Assembly (NCBI GenBank): GCA_965235115.1
Contig: OZ249447.1
Location: forward strand, 22,134,001-22,198,000
Reading direction: 5' to 3'
DNA length: 64,000 bases
From: Laetmonice hystrix
Taxonomy: Eukaryota
Under the pieces are notes generated by a model. The model searched no databases. It was not told the DNA's origin and was given only the letters and a program-made list of their open reading frames with translations. Of the stretch, positions 23,684-36,830 are shown in pieces. A program made the translations under genes and the position numbers. Every line of letters starts with the position of its first letter. Position 1 is the first letter of the stretch.

Positions 23684-23696
23684 CCACCAGAGGGCG
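23684..23696 (+). promoter_or_regulatory. CTCF core motif CCACCAGAGGGCG
   Basis: Perfect match to CCRSYAGRKGGC; binding not demonstrated. Confidence 0.45.
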
Positions 23697-25595
23697 TTGT
23701 GAGGAATTAGAGTGGTGTGTTATAATTGGTTAGATGATTTGTGGGCAGCAAGTGTGGGAGATGTCTGGCCTGGTATCAAATCGTGACGATACTGACGAGC
23801 ATGAGAGGCGAGTTTCTGCATGTGTTTTCTCTGACATGTATACATTTTAAAAAACTGTTGGGGTTGTGGTGGGGTCGTTGGTCGATGTGTCAGCCGTCAG
23901 CCGGGTCAGTGGAGCGGTTACCGGAGTGGATAGCACGACTCCAGGCCGGGGTTTAACCAGGCAGAATGATCGAGCAACTCTGCGGTGTCATCCAGCTGTA
24001 TCTGTTATCTCTTACCTGGCTCGAGATAATCTCAGCACCTACTATATAGAGCTGGTAGTTTTGGGAATCACTTTTTAGGCAAATGCAGAAGCTGGGAGGT
24101 GTAGTAGATTGAAATCCAGTAGGGCAACGAAATCAGCGAAGTTTATTTCTGCAGCTTGGCAGTGTGGTATCAGATACAGGGAGGTATCACGAACGACATG
24201 TATCTATACTATATCTACCTTTAAATTATAGCTACACATCAGGACTACCGAGAAGCTAAAGATACAAATGAGGACTACCTCTAAGCGAACCCCTCCATGC
24301 TACAGATACACATCAGGATCATTCTCCATAAAGATGCACATCATTCTCTATCATGGACTGCGTAGTTTCCTGATCAGCTGTGTCAGATCAGCGAGATGTG
24401 TTGAAAGGTGTTGGGAGCCAACGAGTCCAAACGTCTCGTTTAACTACTACGACTCCAGTTCAATTCTTTATTTTGGAGGAAGATATTGACAGTGTCCGAT
24501 ATGAAAACGGTCACACAAAAGTTCTCCGACTTTTCTCTAAGTTGTTCGTACACCAGCTGCCAACAAACTTAAAACCTGGGTTAACATCTGAACGTTAGTC
24601 GCAATTCGCGTTACAAGTTGATGGTCATCTTCATGTGTGAACGCAGCCAATATGGTTCTAATCCGGGTTACGTCTTTATTACAAGTGTTGACGTTAGGCA
24701 AGGCCACCTGGTGGTCAACAACTGACAACAAAATGTTGAAGGGGGTATTCCTGGCTGAGACATGGTACAGGCAGAATGGGGTCCTGGAACCGGCAGGGGA
24801 TGCCTGGGGTGAGGTACGTGGGGGTGGAATGCTGATGACAGCCACAGGGTGGGAAAGTCCTCCCAGAAGGAGGTTCTCATAGTTAACCTGTATATATTCT
24901 TGTACTATACATGGTACAGGAGGAGTGAGTTGTCATGGCAATGCCTGCGTCTCATCTGTAAGATTCCTGTCAGAGTTAGATGATGAAGAGGAGACAGAGA
25001 GGAGACAAATGATGGTGATGACGTCCTCGACAGGTGGCTGGCTGCCTAACGTTGAGGCTCTCGGTAAACATAGCCCCATATCACCGACTTCTGTCATCCT
25101 CAGCCGCAGCAGTATTATCTGCTCACAAATATCACCGCCTTCCCTGATCCGACACTGCTTAGGGACGGGGTGATAATAAAGAACAAGGAACTGACAACAC
25201 CACTTTCATGGTTAGATTAGAATACGATGGATCATCCTGGGGACAAGAGGTGCGAATAGTTGTCATTCCAGTCAAGTTTGAGATAAATACAGACACCGTT
25301 GACAGACCTGAACCAAGAATATACTGAGGCAGACCTCTCCCCCCCCCCATCGCCTCCACCAGAACAGGTACCACTCCTCACCTGGCCCTCGATCATTCCG
25401 GGGGGGGGGGGGGGCTTGGGTATGGATAAAGGTCCAGAGAGACTCCCTCCCGCCAGTCAGGTAACTGTTGTAGTTATTGAAGGAATGGGTGCTCCCTGAT
25501 AGCCATAATATAACTCGTTGTGTGCCCCGCAAACAAGGATTGTTCATTGTAGCAGACTTGGGCATGAAACAAAGTACAGAGCTGGAAACCGGCTG

Positions 25596-25933
25596 CAAAC
25601 AAAGAGATGGCAAGTAGAACAGGGTGTAGTCAACTTAGTGATTGTAGATAACTTGGTAAACGAGAAACGTTTACATTTTGAGGCCGCATTCCAAACAAAC
25701 AAACAAACAAACAAACAAACAAAGAGATGGCAAGTAGAACAGGGTGTAGTCAACTTAGTGATTGTAGATAACTTGGTAAACGAGAAACGTTTACATTTTG
25801 AGGCCGCATTCCAAACAAACAAACAAACAAACAAACAAACAAAGAGATGGCAAGTAGAACAGGGTGTAGTCAATTTAGTGATTGTAGATAACTTGGTAAA
25901 CGAGAAACGTTTACATTTTGAGGCCACATTCCA
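25596..25933 (+). repeat. Tandem repeat, ~2.8 units of 120 bp; the two complete units end in a (CAAA)n tract
   Basis: Sequence lines 120 nt apart are near-identical; explains ORFs 25518..25979 and 25544..26008. Confidence 0.95.
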
Positions 25934-27151
25934 ATCGATGGATGACATAAGGGATCGGAGCGAGTTGGTCATGAAATGATGTCGTGATCTCGTCTGCCCT
26001 GTTCTCATTGTGTGTCAATCCCTCGGAAACCCCCCTCGACGTACGCCTAATCAGCGATGACGTCCAACCCCGGACTAATGGACGCAGCCTGAGCCGCGAA
26101 AAAACGGCAAAAAACAGCAGGCGTTACACATAGACTTCAGTCAGTAGATTTCAGTGATCATGACAGCCAGGTATGTAAAAATGAGTCATATAAAAATGAC
26201 CGTTAAAGGTGCCTGGGAATTTGTTCAATTGAATGTTGAAGAATAGATCTGTGTGTTGTCGTCGAAATATTAGTACGATTTGATGGGACTGAGTGGGACA
26301 GGCCGGATGAAAGTTAATGCAAGGCCTCCTAACTCAATTTTCTCTCCCTGGGGTCGGGGGGAAATTTGGGGCGGCCCAGAGCTATTGATTATCTTTGGAT
26401 TTGTGTGCATTAGTCTTTCATTGGCAAGATTAGCAAAACATGAACGTTTTGCCGTTTTTCGCCTACTCGGTGAGGGTTGGGAAGGCTAAAAAGAATTACT
26501 TGGCTGTAAATGGTCGGACAATAAAACGATGCTGCTCTAGAGAGATCACTCAGCAAGGCTTAAAAAAAGGCTGAAGGCTATATTAATTGTTGGGGGAAAT
26601 GTAACGACCAGATACTGTAGACTTCTTTAGTTGGACATAGTATCGTATATCAAAATATTATATTGTTTTATTCAAATATAGTCTTTTTGCCATTGGCTTT
26701 TTTCCTCCATCATCATCACCATCCCCATCCCACAACATCTTGGGCTCCGTCGGCCTCATCATCATTAAATGTTGTGAAATTTCCGTTACATTCAGTAATG
26801 ATATTTCCGACAGAAGTTACTGTTAAGATTACATGAAGCGTAACATTCAATTATCAATATTTGAGTCACGACTCCGAGTTAGATGGATCCATGTCATTTG
26901 GCCTCAGAAATTCCTTCTGGATATTTCTTAATAAACACGGCGGGTCCTAGTCATGGTCATATTGGATCGTTAGCATTTTTATGCTGGCCTGGCTTTTCGA
27001 ACAGTTTTCTGGCAGCTTGTGTTTGCTACCCCTCAATTAGGAGGGTGGAGGTAATCGGATCAGTGGGCCAGCCCCACCCCCAGACAACCACCCCCTCACT
27101 CCCACAGCCCCAAGTCATAGACCGTTATGATTTCAACTACTAAACCGTCCG

Positions 27152-27347
27152 GCACACCGACAGTGGGGTGCACACCGACAGTGGGGTGCATGGCGGCGGT
27201 CACACCGACAGTGGGGTGCACACCGACAGTGGGGTGCATGGCGGCGGTCACACCGACAGTGGGGTGCATGGCGGCGGTCACACCGACAGTGGGGTGCATG
27301 GCGGCGGTCACACCGACAGTGGGGTGCATGGCGGCGGTCACACCGAC
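27152..27347 (+). repeat. Minisatellite of mixed 30-bp and 18-bp units (GCATGGCGGCGGTCACACCGACAGTGGGGT)
   Basis: Visible tandem copies. Confidence 0.95.
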
Positions 27348-30300
27348 CAGTGGTGTGTTAGGTTAAGGACCTTTTCATAATCGTTTTTTCAACCTCAATA
27401 TTAACACGGCCTGCTCCCCCGCTACAAGTTCTTTATCTAGGTTGAAACCATTTTTGTATTTGACAATTGTTGGTTTCTGATGGTACTCTTTCATCTTTTT
27501 TTATTAAATATTATATAACTCGAGAACCTCGCCGGCCTTTTTTCCCCCAAGGAGTGGGAGACTTTTCCGTGGAAACACTTCAGGGTGTAACATCTGAACA
27601 TTCATATTTCCTTGGTCCTTTGTTCCTGGATGGAGGGGCCACGACTCTAACTTTAAAGGCTTTTTGATGATGTGTTTGTGCTTGTAAAGAAACAGAAAAA
27701 AAGTGTTTAATTCTTTTGAACATATATTTGATGAAAGTATGAATAATCATCAGACAGCCGAATTAGATTATTAAACATGCTTTCAAAAGATTTTTTTCCT
27801 GATTTCTTCATAGCAGACAGGTACAAAGTGAACCATTGTACATAGACGTGTGAATGCAAAACGTTTCGGTGGTAAAAACAGTCCGTACTACACTTAATGA
27901 TTCCACAATTTGCATAGACACGGGGACAAATAATTCCTTTAAAACTAACCTCGCAAAGCTTACCTGAAAAGGCAAATCTTTCCAGGATTAGTTTAAATGA
28001 CTGCAAACTTCATCAACTGGGGAAAAAGTTTCTTTTTCTCACAGACAACGATATCCGCTATTCTCACGTCAGCAGAGTTTTTGGTGTGAGGAAATGGCAG
28101 TTATTGATTGTGGGTTTCTCTATAAAGAACCAATTTGTCAGACGGTGTGACCTACGTTTTTATAAGGTCACCACCAATCATATGGCCACCAGGTCGTCGA
28201 TTGCTGAGTGGGGTCACGAGTTGTAGTAGTAATTGTTCGCCTACATGAAGTCAGTCTACCATGACTGCCGACAACGACACGTTTACATGTAGCTGTCATC
28301 AGGATGACACAAGCCAGTATTTACATAATAGTAGCATTGTTTGTGGACGCAGGCGAAGGCTGCTGGCTTACGTGTCATCAGTCCGCATGGAACAAAATGT
28401 TGTAATGGAAAGTAACGCAGATTCTGGAGTTAGCACGAGACAGGAATCTTTTTTATCTGATTACAAAAACCTTTCTTCTTTTGCACAGATAGTTTCTGAT
28501 ATTTTTTATTTATAATGTGGGGATTTTTAGCGTATTGGTGAGGATTTGTGACGTTTTTGACACACAAAGGTTGACATGAAGCTCACCTTGATGTTTAGGT
28601 TAGAGATGGGAGTGTGTTGACAGTGTACCGAATCCGATGTCAGTCAGTGCACAGCCTGTCACACCCCAGTGACTGATGGTCATATAAAGGTCTGGAGGTA
28701 ATTGGGTCACACTATGCTTGAAAAATCTGAATAACGATAAGGTACGAGGTCGTGGTAAACTCGCCTTTAATCGCTGCTCACACTAGCCAAGTTTTACTGT
28801 GAGTTTTTAAAAGTGAGCTCAGAGGTTGTATAGTACAGATATTAATTATGTGTAAACTTTGACTGGTTACGTAATTAATACCCACGATTCAAATGCAGCA
28901 GAGAATGCTTTTATGTAAGTTATTCAGAAAAGTTAGAATTTTATATAAAAAAAAATTACAGCATAATGAAATGAGAATGCCATGGTGTAAATTGATGTGT
29001 GTATTGTTAAAGCTTAATGTCAAAATTCACATTTCTGTGAAAAAGTCCAATTAGTCTGTGTGGGCCTGATAAAAGACCCCGTGATTTTTTCGGCTGACAC
29101 TTTTGACAACTAGGAGTGTGAAGTCTCCGCTGAGGCTCGTTGAGCACACGGGGTGTGGCCGTGATAAAAATGATAACAATGCAAACACTTTTTGTTATTT
29201 AGGTCAGCGTCCGTAGCACAAAGATGCGGTGGTGTGTGTGATTACGGTGCACCTTTCCCCAACCTCTTATCATGGGTGGCACAATTTGTTACCCCCAAAA
29301 AACTGAACCGTTTTGTGCGGGCAGGAAGAAATGTCTTCCTGGTGGTCTTTGTGCGAAGGGGGCGGGGATGCTGGGGAGTCTTCATCTTATATGAAGAAGC
29401 ACTAGTAATCGGTGGTTCATCATTGCTGAGCGCATTGAGCAAGAGCTGTCCCAATTAATGTTTTGCCTGGGAGTCCTATTGTGTGAGCGCCCATGCCGTT
29501 TGATCCGTTGGTGAGCACGTCATTACTGGGCAACCGGCCCCATCTGGCCTGGAGAGCCGTCCACAAGGATGCTGAACGGGGCACGGGGCTGCTGGGCGGG
29601 GCACGGGGCGCCTGGCCGGCCGGGGGGAGGGGTGGGGGACACTGACTAACACACTCTTTGTTGGCAGCCACGCATGGCACATGCGTGCACGCTCCGTCAC
29701 AACACATGCATGCGACAGTTCCCCAAACCCCATCGGAGTAGTTTCCAGGACATCGTACGAGGGACACTGAACAGAACCTCTTTGTGATAAGTGACTTGGA
29801 CGTCTGACCATACCCTCAGAAGGCCGCTGGAGGCAAGGGACATCAGGAGTTTTAAGTTCGCATTGTGTGAGGGTCTCCGGGTTGAGTTTTAGGGGGGCCT
29901 GACAGCTGAAGGAGAGACTCTGTCAGCGGTGTTAATGAGTGATGACTGGGCTGGCTGTGGGGACTTGACGACCGTGGTCGAAGCAGGGAGGAGCGAGAGC
30001 CAGACTTGAACCATCGCTCCGTGACTGGAGCGAGGGAGGCAGGCTGGTCCTCATAGGGTCCAGTCAGTGCTGAGAGTCCGTCCGTGACAGTCTGTGTCAC
30101 ATTTCACAACCATGCTGGCCAGCGCCACCACTGTCATGCTTGGATATAGCTGCTCCGAGAAACGCCACAGAAAGGTAAGTGCCAACCCCACAGGGAAGGA
30201 TCCATCCGTCCGGGTTACAGGCTCTGGGTGTAGGCGCCTCCAGAACCAGGGATCCGTTTATTGTTGTTGTTACCCCCGACACGCCGGTGACGCGGGCCAC

Positions 30301-31821
30301 ACGTGGGACAAGAGCAACGTGTCACCCACCGCCCGCCGTGGAAATCAGGGCGGAGACAGCAGGTGATTTATTGTCCTTCGACTGACACACTTTCTGATGG
30401 GAGTTCCTTGAGGCCCCGTCGACCTGCCAGGCATGCAGGTCACCCAACACAGATCAACTCTGACCAGGTCACTATCATCGAATTGATTGTCAATTCTTAC
30501 CTTAATCACACAATTGATGACAACTGTCTGTTAAAGTAGCACAGGTCGACAAGGTGCCAATGTCGGAGGATGATTCAATTATGACATTGAAACAAAGGTC
30601 GGGCAGGAAGAGGAGGAATAATTGAAAACACCACATAAATCTTAGGAGCAGGAAGATGAAGGGGGAGGGGGAAGGATGACGTAAAGATGGGTGAATCCCC
30701 CCGCCCCTCCCCACCCCTCCACCAGGTGTGGCGGCGGGCCAAGGTCGGGGGTAAGGTACACCACCGGTTTGTGTTGACTCACGTGCTGCGGCAGGTGTTC
30801 TCTTGGTGAGGTGAGGTGTAAAGAAGAGGACAACCACAAAGCTAGGAGTTGGACCCGTTCTTACCGTTAACAATACGCCTGGTCACCTCGACGGCAGCGT
30901 ACGGTCTGAATGACATAGTGCCGGGCAGTAGGAGCTATCAAAGAGAACGATAGGACGTGAAAGTAGCTCATAACCTGTGACAAACTCCAAGGCTTTTGTC
31001 ATATGTCGCCGTAAATCGTATCACTAATGATCAATATAATCCTGGAAAAGGCCTTGTCTGGATATAAAGTGGAACAGCAGTGTGCCATGGTGGAAAAACA
31101 CTGGAATTGAGGTCAAAAACATGGCTGTCCAAAGGAAACGGCATTCACAATGGGCTTGACCTGTCAGTGAGAAAAACGGCAGTGTGCTTCATGCAAGTTT
31201 TTCCAGCCCCTCAGCTGCACCACGAGGCGCTGTCAAACGCCTTGTTAGATCTAACAACGTGGACGGGGTTGTCCCCTTGGTGAAGCCTTTCTCTGCTGGC
31301 CATTAGCCTTTGTAGGTGGCGGGGACGTGCGCCTCTGTCGTTGTCGTTGTTAGCTGCCGACTCCGAGCCCAGCGATGACACACCCGTCAACATCATTGTC
31401 ACCACTGGATCTGTTTGCCTTCTAATTAAACCTCGGCCACAATACGACTGATCGATAATTGAAAACCCAGTGCTGATTTCAGGCTCCACGTGGAATATTG
31501 TTAAACTTTGAAATAAACAAGTTCTGTCGGTCATATTACTGTGGTCCCTCGATATCCGCGGAGCAAAATATTTCCGATGTATTTTGTCTTCAGACGTCAA
31601 TTACATTGTTGTATTTAAAACTCCTAAGAAGACAGGTGAATGGCAGGAATATACATGTACTGTATGTATGATAGCATATCATCCAACTCGCTGGCACCTG
31701 GGAAACAATAGTTCTTACACAGACTGAAGTTTTACATGTTATATCTCCTACAATGTGTCTATACACTGCCACCAGAACATAAATACACCCAGTTAGATTT
31801 TCTCATTCAGTAACTCACCCA

Positions 31822-32678
31822 CCGATGTTGGTCGGGTGTGAGCCTGACCAGACTCCACCCGTCACGGTGAGCCGATGTTGGGTGGGTGTGAGCCTGACCA
31901 GACTCCACCCGTCACGGTGAGCTGATGTTGGGTGGGTGTGAGCCTGACCAGACTCCCGTCACGGTCAGCCGTCCCGATGTTGGGTGGGTGTGAGCCTGAC
32001 CAGACTCCACCCGTCACGGTGAGCTGATGTTGGGTGGGTGTGAGCCTGACCAGACTCCACCCGTCACGGTGAGCTGATGTTGGGTGGGTGTGAGCCTGAC
32101 CAGACTCCACCCGTCACGGTGAGCCGATGTTGGGTAGCTGTTAGCCTGACCAGACTCCACCCGTGACGGTGAGCTGATGTTGGGTGGGTGTGAGCCTGAC
32201 CAGACTCCACCCGTCACGGTGAGCCGATGTTGGGTGGGTGTGAGCCTGACCAGACTCCACCCGTCACGGTGAGCCGATGTTGGGTGGGTGTGAGCCTGAC
32301 CAGACTCCACCCGTCACGGTGAGCCGATGTTGGGTGGCTGTGAGCCTGACCAGACTCCACCCGTCACGGTGAGCCGATGTTGGGTGGCTGTGAGCCTGAC
32401 CAGACTCCACCCGTCACGGTGAGCCGTCCCGATGTTGGGTGGGTGTGAGCCTGACCAGACTCCACCCGTCACGGTGAGCCGATGTTGGGTGGGTGTGAGC
32501 CTGACCAGACTCCACCCGTCACGGTGAGCCGATGTTGGGTGGGTGTGAGCCTGACCAGACTCCACCCGTCACGGTGAGCCGATGTTGGGTGGGTGTGAGC
32601 CTGACCAGACTCCACCCGTCACGGTGAGCCGATGTTGGGTGGGTGTGAGCCTGACCAGACTCCACCCGTCACGGTGAG
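31822..32678 (+). repeat. Minisatellite, ~17 units of 50 bp (GATGTTGGGTGGGTGTGAGCCTGACCAGACTCCACCCGTCACGGTGAGCC)
   Basis: Visible tandem copies; the last several are identical. Confidence 0.97.
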
Positions 32679-33895
32679 AGTGCCTTCCTGTCCCCAGACA
32701 AGGCGTGGTGTGTCATTGGGTGACATCTGTTTGACCAGGGTAATCCTGTGTTGTTAGGTAATTCTGACCGTAATTAAAGAGGCCACGTGTGGTAGTGGCT
32801 TGGTTGGGTTGACGTCAGCCTCACCCAGTATCCAGGGTCAGGGATTACGAGGTGGTTACGGTCGACCATAGCGACTGTTATATTAATGTTGCGGATATAG
32901 GCGTTTGAAAAGAGAATAATTATGCGTACAGCCACTGCATGGGTAGGCACTAAGATTACGGACGTTAGGCTTGATATTTATATCCATGAAAGCTCTCATA
33001 AGGGTATCAAGTCACATTATATCCTCTTACTTGAGAGACTTTGGTGGATATTTAACATTATGGATATTTTTTTAACATAAAAGCGGAGTAATTTTTATGG
33101 ACGTGTTGCGTAAATGTCATGGTTTGATCCGTGCGCCTAAATGTCATCCCGCTCAAGAAGAGAGAGCTTTGATATGGATATATCTTACGCTCAAAGCTGG
33201 TCCTGACATTTGCATGAGCAAAGGGAAGGATGTCAAACGTCTTGGGGGTAATGTCTGAAACACCAAATGTTTAATATACGCAGAAAAAGTTGCACAGGCC
33301 TTGTATACTTTAGTAAAAAGGATATGACGTATTTACATACTCTTTCCAAGGGCCGACAATAAAATAAAACTTTAAAACTTTTGAACATTAACAGGTTTAA
33401 GACGTTAAAGGGTCAACATAAGACCGTGGAAGGTTGAATGAATGATTTCATATGATAAATGATATGACACACTGAGGGCCTCAGGTGTCTTCCTTTAAGT
33501 GAGGATAATAACGGAGAACATTAGCAATATATGACTGCTGTCCTACTCTACTGTTTGCAAGGCGGACAACGGTGGTGAACAAAAAATATTCTGGCTGACC
33601 TTCAGACGGCTGGCCCGGGGCCTTTCTTTTGATCTCAGAGAGAGACTCATAAATATGGTGAACTTCTCGCTGCATGTCGTCGACCATCTGTCATGGCGAC
33701 CGTCCAACTGTAGCAGGTGACAGGATAGAGTATTATAATGGTCACACAGACTGACCAGTGATCGTATGGTTAGGTCATCAGTGGGGGCCGTGACTTACGT
33801 ACGGGCGGTTGGTTGGTGGTCAGCGGGCGGTGACGGGGATGGGGGACGTGTGGGCTCCTCACGTGGTTGAGTCCGTTAATTGGTAAACTTAGCCT

Positions 33896-34208
33896 GTTAC
33901 CTGGGTGAGCAAAGTTCGTTACCTGAGCCAGCTTATCCCGTTACCCTAGTGAGCTGAGCTCGTTACCCTAGTGAACTGAAGTCGTTACCTTGGTGAGCTA
34001 AGCTCGTTACCTTGGTGAGCTGAGCTCGTTACCCGGGTGAACTGAGCTCGTTACCCGGGTGAGCTCAAGCCGTTACCTTGGTGGGCTGAGCTCGTTATCC
34101 TGGTGAGGTAAGCCCGTTACATAGCTGAACCCGTTAGATGGTAGAGCTGAACCCGTTACGTGGTTGAGCTGAACCCGTTACGTGGTTGAGCTGAACCCGT
34201 TACGTGGT
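33896..34208 (+). repeat. Degenerate minisatellite, ~21-22-bp unit (CGTTACCCTAGTGAGCTGAGCT-like)
   Basis: Recurrent CGTTAC and GAGCT motifs at roughly 21-bp spacing. Confidence 0.85.
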
Positions 34209-35932
34209 AAAGCCAGGTGACATGTGGACGAGGAGGGCTAGAGACTGTTGTCATGAGACGTTGACGGCGGGCGACGTGAAGCACACTCCTGATGTGGTCT
34301 TGTGTCCATGTGGCCGCCGCCCGTGTTTACTGAGGGAGAAAGTTATGCCTTGTGGCACCCATTGTTGCTGTGGTCAGCGCTGCCCACCGGAATCAGGGTG
34401 GGCAAATGGCCAACACGTTCACTGACAGTTTACGAGTCGATCACCACACAGACCAAACTCACTCCTAGGACGGGACATGATAAACGCGCTTTGTGAGGGC
34501 TTTCCGATACGGTTGGAATGCCAAGATGCCAATTATATCGGCTCATATCAATCATGTACGTATTTTGGCATGGAACCTGAAAAAATATGGAAAGAAATGA
34601 GCAGCAATGATGAGGAGCTATTTGAAGGTCATGGCATGACCTCAGGGGATACTCGAGCTCTACGCATGACGTATCGATGTGATGTCAACTTCGTGTCACG
34701 ATTTGAAGTTTACGATGACCTAAAATGACGTGACTCTCTAGTTCTGAACGTTCACGGAAGTTTCCTTGCTCTGCAAATAGGTTGAACAGTTACTGTAGTC
34801 CTACATCCTACCCCCAAACATGGAAGCAAAGCACTTATCTTTAATAACCGAGATATTTGTATTTATTTTATCCGTGTCTGGTTCTGTTGTGGATACGTCT
34901 ACATGATGTCACGTGAGGTCATCGTTAGGTCAGATTACGTCACTAAAGCCCGAAAACCTCCGTGAGTGTCCGATGTATTTGTGAGCGCCTACTGGTGGGA
35001 GCTATTGATTCCAAATAATAAAATTCCTATATTTTATGCATACCGGAGTAGGCTCTTAATGAGCATATATTATAGCAATATCAAATGTAAACATTTAGGG
35101 TAGTGACACATTTGTTTTGCAGAGTTTGCCCAAACTATTTCCTGAATTAATCAAACCAAATGACAGAGCGATCGTCAGAAGGTCAGAGGTCATGATCATA
35201 ACTGATCCAGAGGTCATAGGTCAAGTTAAGGTCTCACGTTACCGAATGTATTTAATACCACTGGGTGTCCGTCACGTCTTGAAGGGGTCCATCAGACAGC
35301 ATTGTGTCACATGGCTTGGTTAGGCAGACCGAATCGGGAAGCTGGCGCAATGACCATGTTATTGGTCATTGTGTCCAGTAGTGGTCAATCTGATATTGTT
35401 CCTGGGCCTTTCACGTTTGGCTTCTTGACTGAGCGAACGAGACAACTAAAGGGGCGGACCCTTTGTGAAATCTGTCGTAGGTCAGTGACTCGGAGGTCAG
35501 CATGCTATTGGATCAGGAGGGTCATAATGTTATCAGCTTCAGACAGCAGCGCTGGACAATGGTGGCACAATCTCCCTCAGCGGCCACAGAAACTGGACAG
35601 TGGTCAGTGTGGCACTAAAACAATATAACACAGTCAACCCGTTATGTAGGGGCGGGGGTCAGGGCTGGAGCCAGGAGAGGTGTGGGATGGGCGTTTGATG
35701 TCGGTGGTCAAGGTGAAGAGCTGGACACGACGGATGGTCAATCGCTGGTCAGTCGGGGGGAGGAGCAGGGCCACGGGGAGTAGAAGGAGGTCAGCACAAC
35801 GCTGACGCCAGCAATCAAAGGTCACAGCAATTAGTGACACTTGCATGGTTGGTTAATTAGAGATGGCGATTAGATTGACAACGCGTGGTCCGTCCGGCTG
35901 TCATTGTGGCATCTGCTGTCTGCAAACAGCCG

Positions 35933-36527
35933 TTAGAAACCTAGTGAATGGGAGGGGTTTGTTTGGGCCGGTAGGCAAGGCCAGACACGGAGGGAGTCAT
36001 ACACACTGGCCATCCCTCTACACGGGGGCCGGTAGAGACCGAGAGAATGGGTCGGGTTTGTCCAGGCGGGTAGGCAAGGCCAGACACGGAGGGAGTCATA
36101 CACACTGGCCATCCCTCTACAAGGGGGCCGGTAGAAACCTAGTGAATGGGAGGGGTTTGTTTGGGCGGGTAGGCCAGACACGGAGGGAGTCATACACACT
36201 GGTCATCCCTCTACACGGGGGCCGGTAGAAACCTAGTGAATGGGAGGGGTTTGTTCGGGCGGGTAGGCAAGGCCAGACACGGAGGGAGCCATACAAACTG
36301 GCCATCCCTCTACACGGGGGCCGGTAGAGACCTAGTGAATGGGAGGGGTTTGTTTGGGCGGGTAGGCCAGACACGGAGGGAGTCATACACACTGGTCATC
36401 CCTCTACACGGGGGCCGGTAGAAACCTAGTGAATGGGAGGGGTTTGTTCGGGCGGGTAGGCAAGGCCAGACATGGAGGGAGCTATACAAACTGGCCATCC
36501 CTCTACACGGGGGCCGGTAGAGACCCG
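35933..36527 (+). repeat. Tandem repeat, ~6 units of 94-99 bp
   Basis: GTAGAAACCTAGTGAATGGGAGGGG...CATCCCTCTACACGGGGGCC recurs. Confidence 0.93.
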
Positions 36528-36563
36528 CAAAGTTTCACCAGAGACTCTATTTACTTGATTATT

Positions 36564-36830
36564 ACAATGTAAGAGCCATGGCTGTGCCGGACACAATGTG
36601 ACACAATGCGGACATAATGTAAGAACCATGGCTGTGCCGGACACAATGTAAGAACCATGGCTGTGCCGGACATAATGTGACACAATGTAAGAACCATGGC
36701 TGTGCCGGACACAATGTAAGAGCCATGGCTGTGCCGGACACAATGTGACACAAAGTGGACACAATGTAGGACCCATGGCTGTGACGGACACAATGTAAGA
36801 ACCATGGCTCTGCCAGACACAATGTAAGAA
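36564..36830 (+). repeat. Minisatellite, 29-bp unit ACAATGTAAGAACCATGGCTGTGCCGGAC with 10-bp ACAATGTGAC inserts
   Basis: Visible tandem copies. Confidence 0.92.
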
